NCBI GenBank assembly: GCA_902384455.1
Contig: CABMCB010000092.1
Location: forward strand, 21,106 to 85,105
Direction of reading: 5' to 3'
Source: an uncultured archaeon
Lineage (GTDB): Archaea; Altiarchaeota; Altiarchaeia; IMC4; SCGC-AAA252-I15
Length of the DNA: 64,000 nt
In this document: in pieces, positions 39,601 to 48,263 of the stretch
How the letters are laid out: each line of letters starts with the position of its first letter
How positions within the stretch are numbered: position 1 is the first letter of the stretch
Translations under genes and position numbers: made by a program
Notes under the pieces: generated by a model
Seen by the model: only the letters and a program-made list of their open reading frames with translations
Told to the model about the DNA's origin: nothing
The model's database searches: none

Positions 39601-41154
39601 AAACTTTGAGAACACTGGAAGAGGCGTGTCGTCGCCCATGGACCCGACCGGCTCCTTGCCTTCCTTCGCCATCGGAAGGATTATGCGCTCAATCTCCTCC
39701 AACGTGTATCCGAACGCCTTCTGCTGGCGGACAATCTCGCCGTTGAACGGGCTGCCAATAGACCCCTCACCGCGCTTGTCAATCTGAAGCGCAGACGCCC
39801 TAACCATATACCTCTCAATCCACTGCTTGTACGGCATCCTAGAAGCGTGCATCTGCTTTATGTCGTCGTTCTTAAGGAAAACGCCCTCGTCGATGTCGAC
39901 GGCAATCATCTGGCCAGGACCCAAACGGCCCTTTTCCGCCACGTCAGACGGCTCAATGTCCACAACGCCGACTTCGCTTGCAAGCACCAGTAAACCGCTT
40001 TTAGTCAATGTGTAGCGGGCTGGCCTTAGGCCGTTTCTGTCTAGTGCCGCGGCGACGTATCGTCCGTCAGTGAATGCGAGTGCCGCTGGGCCGTCCCATG
40101 GTTCTGTGAGGCAGGCGTGGTATTCGTAGAAGCTTCTTAGGTTTGGGTCCATATGGGGCATGTTTTGGTGGGCTTCTGGTATGAGCATCATCATTGTGTG
40201 TAGTCCTGTTCTGCCGGAGAGCACTAGCAGTTCGTATACGTTGTCGAGGCTCATTGAGTCGCTTCCGCCGGGCTGTATTACGTTTTTGACGTCTTTGATT
40301 CTTTCGCCCCATACGTCGCTTGAGAACTCGAATTCGCGGGCTTGCGTCCAGTGCCTGTTTGAGTCCAATGTGTTTATTTCTCCGTTGTGGCCAAGGCAGC
40401 GGAACGGCTGGGCAAGTTGCCATGTGGGGAATGTGTTGGTGCTGTATCGTTCGTGGAATATGGCAAACGCTGTTTCATAGTCGGGGTTCTTCAGGTCGGG
40501 GTAGAATTCCGCCAGACGAGGTGAAACCACCAGTCCCTTGTAGACTATCGTCTTGCACGAGAATGACGGGGAGTAAAATTCCGTTATCCCTTCGTTCAAG
40601 GCGGCTTTCTCCATCGCCTTGCGGGACAGGTAAAGCTTCCACTGGAACCCGGCGTCGTCCACCCCAAACGGCCGTCTGACGAGTACTTGCTGTATGTCTA
40701 GTTGGGATTCTGCCGCTCTTTTTCCGAGCGCTGAGGGGTTTACGGGGACTTTACGCCAGCCGATTAGTTCCAGTCCTTCGTCTTTAATCGCTTTTTCTAT
40801 TAGGTGCTTGCACACATCCCGTTGGACGGGATTGTTTTGGGGCATGAAGAATACGCCTACCGCAAAGTCTTCGTCGCGTTTTATGTGCGTGCCTAGTTTT
40901 GCGGCCTCCTTTCTGAAGAGTTTAACTGGAATTTGGGTTAGGACTCCTGAGCCGTCGCCGGATGCGTAGTCTGCGGATACTGCTCCGCGGTGAGTCAGGT
41001 TTTTCACCGCAGACAATGCCTTAGTGAGTATGCTGTGGCTGCGCTCGCCCGAGACGTTCACTACGAACCCTACTCCGCAGCTGTCATGCTCGAATGAGGG
41101 GTCATATAGGGTGCGCGTTGGCGCGCCTGATTCCGAATTTGGCGATTTAGGCAT
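36643..41154 (-). CDS. gltB: Glutamate synthase large subunit (single-chain, bacterial type)
   Basis: HDSCGVGF (Ntn Cys), HERYSTNT, HNGEINT, EPWDGPA, QGSKPGEGGQLPG, CVMARQCHNNNC, GXGXG domain. Confidence 0.96.
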   Translation of the reverse strand: MPKSPNSESGAPTRTLYDPSFEHDSCGVGFVVNVSGERSHSILTKALSAVKNLTHRGAVSADYASGDGSGVLTQIPVKLFRKEAAKLGTHIKRDEDFAVGVFFMPQNNPVQRDVCKHLIEKAIKDEGLELIGWRKVPVNPSALGKRAAESQLDIQQVLVRRPFGVDDAGFQWKLYLSRKAMEKAALNEGITEFYSPSFSCKTIVYKGLVVSPRLAEFYPDLKNPDYETAFAIFHERYSTNTFPTWQLAQPFRCLGHNGEINTLDSNRHWTQAREFEFSSDVWGERIKDVKNVIQPGGSDSMSLDNVYELLVLSGRTGLHTMMMLIPEAHQNMPHMDPNLRSFYEYHACLTEPWDGPAALAFTDGRYVAAALDRNGLRPARYTLTKSGLLVLASEVGVVDIEPSDVAEKGRLGPGQMIAVDIDEGVFLKNDDIKQMHASRMPYKQWIERYMVRASALQIDKRGEGSIGSPFNGEIVRQQKAFGYTLEEIERIILPMAKEGKEPVGSMGDDTPLPVFSKFPRNICDYFKQRFAQVTNPPIDPYREKLVMSLHTALGRRRSILLEEPGSAKLIKFNSPILTHFEMDWIRTNRDPEFKSCELKATFPVSEGTAGLKKAVDRLCKESVSAAESGTSVLFISDLGVNKNNAPVPMLLAVSAVHHALIKNGLRLKCSIVVESGEPREDHHFACLLAYGANCIYPYLTYSTIHDMLSGYFPELTPKQALLNYRRAVETGILKIMSKMGVCTLSCYRGSKLLEAVGLSSEVIDECFPGTPSRIGGVSFKEIASDVLRFHKEAFEPEGHAQLENMGYYRFISGKEEHAFAPKFFTALHKAVRSNSMQEYKVFSSLVENRELINLRDLLKFKESSPVPIDEVESAESIIKRFSASAMSHGALSKEAHMTVAVAMNRLGAKSNSGEGGEDPSRYAPLSNGDSSNSAIKQVSSGRFGVTPSYLVSAKELEIKVAQGSKPGEGGQLPGHKVTDEIAAIRHSTPGVTLISPPPHHDIYSIEDLSQLIYDLKQVNPQAKVAVKLVSEAGIGTVAAGVAKAYADVIHVSGADGGTGASPLGSIKHAGIPWELGLAEVQQVLVRNDLRERVVVRVDGGLKTGRDVVIAALLGAEEYGFGTCALVAAGCVMARQCHNNNCPVGVASQNPEFRAKFPNKPEWVMNYMMFVANDVREILASLGCRSLDEIIGRVELLELKDGVHYSKTRNMDLAGVLASPDSTGKKHLRNMKIRNEMSKATSLDDSILDETSSSIDWGKPVKTSKSIRNINRTVGAKISGEIARKHQNKSLPEGTIECSFIGSAGQSFGAFLINGVRLILAGEANDYVGKGMNGGEIIVRPPQESSFRTHENVIVGNTVMYGATGGSLYAAGRAGERFCVRNSGGNAVIEGVGDHGCEYMTGGTVVILGDVGRNFGAGMTGGIAYVLNERDDLEKRINPQLIALEPVLDAEDEALLQKMIQRHLEVTGSPRAAEILENWSHFLPLFSKVVPHSSEAVATNLKAA

Positions 41155-41282
41155 CCGGATGATATTTGATGGAACGCTTAAAAAATCAGCTGACGAGTAT
41201 GGAATTAAATAAAAATATGTTTGAACTCAAATGAATGGTAAAGTCTTCCTACCGAAATAATGAGAAAAATAGCAAATCCTTA

Positions 41283-41870
41283 CTAAAGGACTCCTTTGGT
41301 GCTGGGCACTGCATCCCCAGAAACGCGCACCGCCTCCTTAAGCGCCCGCGCCAACGCCTTAAACGAAGCCTCCGCCTTATGATGGTCGTTTCTACCTTCC
41401 GTCTTCATATGCAGATTGAACTTGCCGTTAACGCTAAAAGACTCCAAAAAATGCTCGATATTCTCCTTGCTCACATCCCCAACCCTAGAATCCTTGAAAT
41501 TACTCCACCCGATATCGATCACGCTATAAGGCCGCCCAGACAAATCCACCGCAACAGTCGACTTGGAATCATCCATCGGAGCAATGAAGTAAGCCATGCG
41601 GACTATGCCTTTCTTGTCTCCGAGCGCTGTGACAAGGGCATGACCCAACGTTATTCCCACATCCTCCACCAGATGATGATCATCCACATGCACGTCTCCT
41701 CTGGCCGAAACCTTCAAGTCGAAGCCCGAATGCTTCGCTAAAGACTCCAACATATGGTTGAGGAAATTAAGAGGAGTTCTTACGGCCGCTTTTCCGCTTC
41801 CGTCGAGGTTCAACTCCACCTTAATTAACGTTTCCTTAGTCTTCCGCTCTATGCGCGCCTTCCTTGCCAT
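41283..41870 (-). CDS. hisB: Imidazoleglycerol-phosphate dehydratase
   Basis: RKTKET, FLNHML, DDHHLVED, NDHHKAEA.FKA, PSTKG. Confidence 0.96.
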   Translation of the reverse strand: MARKARIERKTKETLIKVELNLDGSGKAAVRTPLNFLNHMLESLAKHSGFDLKVSARGDVHVDDHHLVEDVGITLGHALVTALGDKKGIVRMAYFIAPMDDSKSTVAVDLSGRPYSVIDIGWSNFKDSRVGDVSKENIEHFLESFSVNGKFNLHMKTEGRNDHHKAEASFKALARALKEAVRVSGDAVPSTKGVL

Positions 41871-41979
41871 GCAGTTAGAGTATCGTGTTATGTAAAAAAA
41901 AAGCGATGGATACCGGATTGCTTATATTCGCGCAGGCCGTATAGTAAATCGCACCAATTGTGTGATTAAATCCGCTATA

Positions 41980-41995
41980 ACACTACCTATTGTGT
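41980..41995. promoter_or_regulatory. NrdR box-like operator ACACTACCTATTGTGT upstream of nrdR
   Basis: 14/16 match to the consensus acaCwAtATaTwGtgt; 7 nt before the nrdR ATG; a partial copy lies 32 bp upstream. Confidence 0.65.
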
Positions 41996-42002
41996 CCAAC
42001 CC

Positions 42003-42449
42003 ATGAATTGCCCGTACTGCACCCACACTGAAACTTCCGTCGTAGACATAAGAAAAAGCGAAGGCGGGATAGTAAACCGCAGACGCAGAGAATGCGAGAA
42101 ATGCGGGAAAAGATTCACCACATACGAACGCACAGAACTGCTGACGATCACGGTAATCAAAAAAGACGGCCGAAAAGAGCCTTTCAACCGGGAGAAAATC
42201 GTGTCCGGAATCAGGAAGGCGTGCGAGAAGAGGCCTGTGACGGAAGATAGGATTCAGGAAGTGGCCGACGACATCGAAAGGAAGATTAGGCGCAGAAAGA
42301 GTACTGAGATACAAAGCCGCGAGATAGGTGAGATAGTCATGAAACGCCTTAAGACTCTTGACGCCGTGGCATACGTGCGGTTCGCCTCGGTTTACCGCGA
42401 ATTCGACGACGTAAAGAAATTCAAGGACGAAATAAAGTCGATAACTTAA
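42003..42449 (+). CDS. nrdR: Transcriptional repressor NrdR
   Basis: CPYC, RRRRECEKCGKRFTTYE, ATP cone VIKKDG, VAYVRFASVYREF. Confidence 0.95.
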   Translation: MNCPYCTHTETSVVDIRKSEGGIVNRRRRECEKCGKRFTTYERTELLTITVIKKDGRKEPFNREKIVSGIRKACEKRPVTEDRIQEVADDIERKIRRRKSTEIQSREIGEIVMKRLKTLDAVAYVRFASVYREFDDVKKFKDEIKSIT

Positions 42450-42472
42450 ACGCCTTCGTATCTTGGAAGCCC

Positions 42473-43171
42473 TTAATCCGCAGGACCGGCGTTTGAATGC
42501 CCGTATGCGACAAACGATTTTGTGAGTCCGAAGAACTTTTCCGTGTAGAGTGATGCTTGAGGGAACATAGCTAGCAGTTCTTTCTTTGAGAGTGGGCGTA
42601 TGCTTTCGACGTGAGAGCGCGCTTCTGTTTTGCTTGAGCGGCGTCCCCCCCACAGCCAGGTAGAGTACTGGGCGAAGAACACTTTTAGGAACAACGGAAG
42701 AAAAGGAAAGAAGGGTATGAGGAAATGGGGTTCAATCGGGAAATTCCTGTTAGGCGTCTGAATAAAAAACCGCTTTCCCACCCTCAACATCTCAGCTGCC
42801 GCCTTCCTTTGGCCGTCAGATGAGGGTATGTGCTCTATCATTGAGTTGGAGAAAACGACGTCGAACTCCTTATCCGAGAACATCCGCATGTCACGCGCGT
42901 CGCCTACGACGCAAGTGACGGAAGGATACTTAGGCTCAACGGAGGACAGATTTAGCACTGTTATGCGGAGGGTGTTTCCCGGCAGAAACCCGGTCCGCTC
43001 CCAGAACTCGACACTTCCACCCACGTCAAGGACACGCACCGGCCGCGGCAAAGACTTTATGAACTCCTTGAAGAACTCCATCCGCCGCCTGCGAAACTTA
43101 AGCGACAGAGAACCATCCCGCATGAAATCCCACTTCTTCCGCACACACGCTCCAAACCCCAGCATATCCAC
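42473..43171 (-). CDS. Class I SAM-dependent methyltransferase
   Basis: VLDVGG, VGDARDM, FDVVFSNSMIEH, QTPNRNFPIEPH. Confidence 0.85.
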   Translation of the reverse strand: MDMLGFGACVRKKWDFMRDGSLSLKFRRRRMEFFKEFIKSLPRPVRVLDVGGSVEFWERTGFLPGNTLRITVLNLSSVEPKYPSVTCVVGDARDMRMFSDKEFDVVFSNSMIEHIPSSDGQRKAAAEMLRVGKRFFIQTPNRNFPIEPHFLIPFFPFLPLFLKVFFAQYSTWLWGGRRSSKTEARSHVESIRPLSKKELLAMFPQASLYTEKFFGLTKSFVAYGHSNAGPAD

Positions 43172-43257
43172 CGTACCGACATTACGAATACGAAGCAGAC
43201 CGCTTAACTACATCAACTTAAGCCGACCTTTAAAAAGGAACGCCCTAATTATCCTCC

Positions 43258-44592
43258 ATGAAGGTTCTTGTGGTTGGAAACGGGGCACGGGAACACGCAA
43301 TAGTTAGCGCATTAGCCGAAAGCCCCACCGGCCCCCACGTGTACGCATACATGGGAACGAAAAACCCCGGAATAGCACGCCTCGCCAAAGAACACCACAT
43401 AGGCAACATCCTAAACGCCAAAGACGTCGCAGACTACGCAGTAAAATGCAAAGCAAACCTGGCGGTAATCGGACCTGAAGCACCCCTTGGCGCAGGAGTC
43501 GCCGACGCACTAGAAACCAACGGAGTACTCACAGTAGGCCCAAAGAAAATCGCAGCGCAAATAGAAACAGACAAAACATTCACCCGAAGACTACTGGAAA
43601 AACACCGCATAGACGGAAACCCCCGCTTCGGAATCTACACAAAAACAGAAGACGCGTTCGACCTAATCGACGAACTAACACCAAACGTAGTAATCAAACC
43701 CGCAGGACTAACAGGCGGCAAAGGAGTCAAAGTCCAAGGAGAACACCTAAAAGACGCCGAAGAATCCAAAAAATACGCCAAAGAAATACTAAACACAAAA
43801 ATAGGCACAATACCCGCCGTAGTAGTCGAAGAAAAACTAATCGGAGAAGAATTCACCCTACAAGCATTCGTAGACGGCCACACAGTCGCAGGCACGCCAA
43901 CAGTCCAAGACCACAAAAGAGCATTCGACGCAGACGTAGGACCAAACACCGGCGGAATGGGAAGCTACAGCGACTGCGGAAACCTACTCCCGTTTCTCAC
44001 AAAAAAAGACTACGACAAAGCCATAAAAATAATGGAGGAAACCGTCAAAGCCATATGGAAAGAAACAGGCACCCCATACAGAGGATTCCTCTACGGCCAA
44101 TTCATGGCCGGACCCAAAGAACCCAAACTCATAGAGTATAACGCGCGACTGGGAGACCCCGAGGCGATGAACATCCTCTCAATCATAGATTCAGACTTCA
44201 CAGAAGTCTGCGAGAGGATAATCGGCGGCACACTGAAAAGAAACGTCGCATTCAAGGAGAAAGCCACCGTAGTCAAATACGCCGTCCCAGCCGGCTACCC
44301 CGACGCACCCAAAAACAACGTCGAAATCAAAGTTGACGAAAAGAAAATCAAGGAACTGGGAGCGCTAGTCTACTACGCAAGCGTAAGAGAAGAAGGGCGA
44401 AGAATATACACTTCAACTTCACGGGCAGTCGCAGTAACAGGCATAGCCAACACAATAACCGAGGCCGAATCCATTGCTGAGGCCGCCATGACAAGCATAA
44501 AAGGCGATATTTACCACCGGAAGGACATTGGTACGAGGAACCTCGTCAGAAGCCGGGTAGAGCACATGAAGGAAATCCGCCCAAACGCCTAA
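43258..44592 (+). CDS. purD: Phosphoribosylamine-glycine ligase
   Basis: VLVVGNGAREHA, GPEAPL, GGKGV, QDHKRA, GPNTGGMG, EYNARLGDPE. Confidence 0.96.
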   Translation: MKVLVVGNGAREHAIVSALAESPTGPHVYAYMGTKNPGIARLAKEHHIGNILNAKDVADYAVKCKANLAVIGPEAPLGAGVADALETNGVLTVGPKKIAAQIETDKTFTRRLLEKHRIDGNPRFGIYTKTEDAFDLIDELTPNVVIKPAGLTGGKGVKVQGEHLKDAEESKKYAKEILNTKIGTIPAVVVEEKLIGEEFTLQAFVDGHTVAGTPTVQDHKRAFDADVGPNTGGMGSYSDCGNLLPFLTKKDYDKAIKIMEETVKAIWKETGTPYRGFLYGQFMAGPKEPKLIEYNARLGDPEAMNILSIIDSDFTEVCERIIGGTLKRNVAFKEKATVVKYAVPAGYPDAPKNNVEIKVDEKKIKELGALVYYASVREEGRRIYTSTSRAVAVTGIANTITEAESIAEAAMTSIKGDIYHRKDIGTRNLVRSRVEHMKEIRPNA

Positions 44593-44625
44593 CTCAGATA
44601 ATCAAACCGGCCGCAAAGGATAACA

Positions 44626-45231
44626 ATGATATTTGGATTGAAACTGGGCAACTTAATTCCCGCCCTATTTTTCATAATCAACGGCTATAGTTACATCTTC
44701 TACGCCCTGAACGGAAGCAGTCAGCTACATTACAGCGCCGCATTACAGGGAGTAAACATGATGCTGGTGGGAATATTCTTTCTCACCAGAAAAGACGCCT
44801 TAGTTGTGTCGGAAGAATCGTCTGAAACGCTAAGCGCATTAGTAAGCACTTTCACGCCCGGCTTCTTCATGGCCGTAAAAAGCACTGCTGCGTACGCTTT
44901 AGGGTATGGATTGCAGACGACAGGCATATTTCTGTCCATCGCCGCCACAATGTCGCTTAACAGGGCGTTTGGAATACTTCCCGCCAACAGGGGGGTCAAA
45001 ACGACGGGGCTTTACCGTTTCATGCGCCATCCCTTGTACGTAGGATACCTGCTTAGTTTCGGCGGCTTCATTTTGAACAATACGGTGGCAATCAACGCGG
45101 CGGTTTTCCTCGTATGGCTTATTGCCACACTGCATAGGACGCTGGCTGAAGAAAGGATACTTTTGAAAGACCCCGATTACGCAGAATACGCAAAGCGGGT
45201 CAGATGGCGCTTTATACCCTACGTCATTTAA
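44626..45231 (+). CDS. Isoprenylcysteine carboxyl-/phospholipid methyltransferase family membrane protein
   Basis: GLYRFMRHPLY, AEERIL, Y..Y...V.WRFIP. Confidence 0.85.
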   Translation: MIFGLKLGNLIPALFFIINGYSYIFYALNGSSQLHYSAALQGVNMMLVGIFFLTRKDALVVSEESSETLSALVSTFTPGFFMAVKSTAAYALGYGLQTTGIFLSIAATMSLNRAFGILPANRGVKTTGLYRFMRHPLYVGYLLSFGGFILNNTVAINAAVFLVWLIATLHRTLAEERILLKDPDYAEYAKRVRWRFIPYVI

Positions 45232-45238
45232 TGGCGCT

Positions 45239-45418
45239 TCAATCGCAGGGCTCTCCCGCAAAGCCCCAGTTTTTCTTAGGGACTTCCTCAAGAAACACGT
45301 GAAGATGCTTAGGGTCGGTCTTGATGCTGTCCAAAACCGCCTTGGACACGTTGCGGATTAAAGCCTCCTTCTCCTTGGGCGAACGGCCCTCCCACAATGT
45401 GATGCGAACAACAGGCAT
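45239..45418 (-). CDS. 4-oxalocrotonate tautomerase family protein
   Basis: MPVVRITLWEGRSPKEKEALI...V.....NWGFAG; catalytic Pro1; start reassigned to 45418. Confidence 0.88.
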   Translation of the reverse strand: MPVVRITLWEGRSPKEKEALIRNVSKAVLDSIKTDPKHLHVFLEEVPKKNWGFAGEPCD

Positions 45419-45461
45419 TTTAACCTTCCGAATAATAGTAGCACAATCCGCGTTAAAACCG

Positions 45462-46724
45462 ATGAAAATCGCAATCGAAACATACGGCTGCAGCGCCAAC
45501 CAAGCAGACAGCGAATACATGGCCGGACTACTGACGCGCGAAGGCCATGCTTTATCGCCAGTAAGGTCTGCGGACGTCGTAATAGTCAACACGTGCACAG
45601 TCAAGTCCCCGACGGAGAACAAGATCCGCAAGAGACTTGATTACTTTGTGAAAAACGGCAGAAGGACTGTAGTCAGCGGTTGCATGCCTGCGGCGTCGCC
45701 GGGATTGTCTGAGGAATACCCGGCATTCAGCTTCATAGGAGTAAATGTTGGCGACATCATCCACGCCGTAGACGCGATAGAGGGTGGCGGACGCCTTGTG
45801 AAAATCCAGCCGCCCGGCGAGAAGGTCTTAATCCCCAAAGTTAGGCGAAACGATGTTGTGGAGATTCTTCCCGTGGGAGAAGGGTGCGTTGGAGCCTGCA
45901 GTTTCTGCGCTACAAAAAAAGCCAGAGGAACGCTCGTATCCTACCCGGAAAGGGACATCGTCCGCGCATCCTCAGATGCCATAAAATGTGGGATTAAAGA
46001 GATTTGGCTCACGGGACAAGACACGGGCGCATACGGCATAGACACAAAAACCAGCCTGCCAACCCTCATAAAAAGAATCTCCGCACTACCCGGCGACTTC
46101 CGGCTGCGCGTTGGCATGATGAACCCCGACCACGCCCTGCGCAACCTGGATGAACTGCTTTTGGCATACGAAAACCCCAACGTATACAAGTTCCTCCACC
46201 TACCAGTCCAATCGGGAGACAACCAGATACTATCAGACATGCGCCGCAGATACACCGCCGAAGAATTCCTCACGGTAGTATCCGCATTCAGGAAAAAATT
46301 CGACGTCACCCTATCAACAGACGTAATCGTAGGATACCCGACGGAAGACGAAAAAGCGTTCAAAAAAACATGCGAACTCATACGAAAAACCCAACCAGAC
46401 ATAGTCAACGTCAGCCGATTCTGGAGAAGACCCGACACCCAGGCAGCTAAACTGAAAGAACACCCCGGCCGCATCACAAAAGACCGAAGCAGGCGAATAC
46501 AGGAATTCGTTGACGAAGCCGGAATGACCCGCAACAAAAAATGGGTCGGATGGACTGAAGAATCCCTTGTTTCAGAACGCAACAAAGACGGAACATACAC
46601 CGCAAGAAACGACCACTACAAACCCATAATAATCACGTCGGACTCAGCCGACTTACTTGGCAAACGGATTAAAATCGAAATCAAAAGCGCCAACTCATTC
46701 TACCTCACAGGCACCATCCGTTAA
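45462..46724 (+). CDS. mtaB: tRNA t6A37 methylthiotransferase (archaeal e-MtaB/MiaB-like radical SAM)
   Basis: ETYGCSANQADSE, NTCTV, GCMP, CVGACSFC, TGQDTGAYG, HLPVQSG, TRAM domain. Confidence 0.88.
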   Translation: MKIAIETYGCSANQADSEYMAGLLTREGHALSPVRSADVVIVNTCTVKSPTENKIRKRLDYFVKNGRRTVVSGCMPAASPGLSEEYPAFSFIGVNVGDIIHAVDAIEGGGRLVKIQPPGEKVLIPKVRRNDVVEILPVGEGCVGACSFCATKKARGTLVSYPERDIVRASSDAIKCGIKEIWLTGQDTGAYGIDTKTSLPTLIKRISALPGDFRLRVGMMNPDHALRNLDELLLAYENPNVYKFLHLPVQSGDNQILSDMRRRYTAEEFLTVVSAFRKKFDVTLSTDVIVGYPTEDEKAFKKTCELIRKTQPDIVNVSRFWRRPDTQAAKLKEHPGRITKDRSRRIQEFVDEAGMTRNKKWVGWTEESLVSERNKDGTYTARNDHYKPIIITSDSADLLGKRIKIEIKSANSFYLTGTIR

Positions 46725-46730
46725 TGACCG

Positions 46731-48086
46731 CTACATATTGTCGTTAACGCAAGCAGACAAAACAGCAACAAGAACCGCAAACAAAGACACCACCCTTATG
46801 TCATTGAAAGCCGGGAAAAACACCCCCACCACAAAAGCAGCAACCAAAAAACCCTGAAACCCACGACCAACCGCCCGAGTAAAAGGCTCTTGAGACGACC
46901 GCGCCCTCAAAGAAAGCCGGACAGAAAAGGATACCAAAGATAACAACAACAATAAACCCAACAGCCCCAACCGCATAAGAATCCACAAGAACGCATTATG
47001 CGGCCCACCCACAAGCAGCGCGCACCAGGAGGGATACGCGCATTCTGAATTCATTTCCGAGAACACGCTTGAAACCCCAAAACCGCTTCCTAATAAGGGG
47101 GATACAGCGAATGCGGACACGGCAAGGGCGTTCTCTTCAATCCGCCCCAAAAAATTAATGTCCGAAGACGGACTCAACAACGCCACATAATCAGCAAACA
47201 CAGACCACACGCCGCCTTGAGCGTAATGCGCCGCCAACACCGCCAACAATACGACCGAAACAACCGACAAAAACCCTGCGACACTAATTCGCGGACGCGA
47301 AGGAACAACAAAAAACAAAGCCGCCAAAAGCCCCACAAGAAAAGAACGGCGAAGAGTGAACAACACCGAAACAACAGCCCCTCCAAAAAGAGGCCAGACC
47401 CAAAACCCCGATGACCCCTCCAACGCCAAAGAAAACAAAAAAGGCGCAAGACAAAGAATAATCACAGCCTCAAAAGACGTGACCGTTTCCCGACGCAAAA
47501 GCTGGTTGGCATCAAAAAAAAGGATCTGACGAACCATGAAAAAAACAAGCAAAACAAAAAGGCCGTTCAATACTTTTTTCGCGTCTTTTTTTGAGCGGAT
47601 TGAATCAACAGCCCAGACAACAGCGGCAAAATAAAGCATTCCGCGGACTTCCGCCAGCAATGAGACAAACCCGCGGCCAGACAAAATACCTAATCCCGCT
47701 GTGAGGGTAACGAAAGAAACCAACGCGAACGTTGCCACATTAAGAAACGACGCATTAAGTTTTCTGCGGGACAGAAGCAGATTCAAGCTCCACTTCAAAA
47801 GTGCTGCCGAAAGCAGAACATCCGACAGGAGAATATGAGACAGCGGATTTTCGCCCAACGCCACCGGCACAAGAGGGGAAGATAGGACGCATAGAAACAC
47901 GAAAGAAACCAACGTCACTGCAGAACCGCAAAACAAAGGCACCAGCAACGCAAGCAAAAGAAGATAATTAGACCGCCCCGCAAACGAAAAAACGAATAGA
48001 CTTAACAAGAGACCTAACACAAACGCCGTACGCCCGCCAAGTCGTGGTAAGGAGAATCTGGAAAAAGTTAAACTTAATGTATCCAC
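46731..48086 (-). CDS. O-antigen ligase/polymerase-like multi-TM protein
   Basis: About 12 TM helices; TLRRS, R......A......PLLGSGFG, PHNAFL..L..LGLLG. Confidence 0.75.
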   Translation of the reverse strand: MDTLSLTFSRFSLPRLGGRTAFVLGLLLSLFVFSFAGRSNYLLLLALLVPLFCGSAVTLVSFVFLCVLSSPLVPVALGENPLSHILLSDVLLSAALLKWSLNLLLSRRKLNASFLNVATFALVSFVTLTAGLGILSGRGFVSLLAEVRGMLYFAAVVWAVDSIRSKKDAKKVLNGLFVLLVFFMVRQILFFDANQLLRRETVTSFEAVIILCLAPFLFSLALEGSSGFWVWPLFGGAVVSVLFTLRRSFLVGLLAALFFVVPSRPRISVAGFLSVVSVVLLAVLAAHYAQGGVWSVFADYVALLSPSSDINFLGRIEENALAVSAFAVSPLLGSGFGVSSVFSEMNSECAYPSWCALLVGGPHNAFLWILMRLGLLGLLLLLSLVSFSVRLSLRARSSQEPFTRAVGRGFQGFLVAAFVVGVFFPAFNDIRVVSLFAVLVAVLSACVNDNM

Positions 48087-48263
48087 GACGCACCGTAAGC
48101 AACTGACTTAACTACGGATAAGCGATTACAGGCGTGTTGGTGACGGCAACCAGTAAAGCCGCAAGGAGCACTCCTGCAAGCACCCAGTCTGAACGGGACA
48201 TGTTACTAATTTCTTTGCGCAGTTATAAAAACGGAAAAAGAGCCTCAGACACCGATTTACGGG

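Noticed and set aside
36682-41212. Many plus-strand ORFs antisense to gltB, and similar shadow ORFs across the window
   Set aside because: They mirror well-supported genes, have biased composition and show no motifs
45321-45631. Long mutually overlapping starts for mtaB and the tautomerase
   Set aside because: The tautomerase needs Pro1 (start 45418) and mtaB begins MKIAIETYGC (45462); the genes are simply divergent
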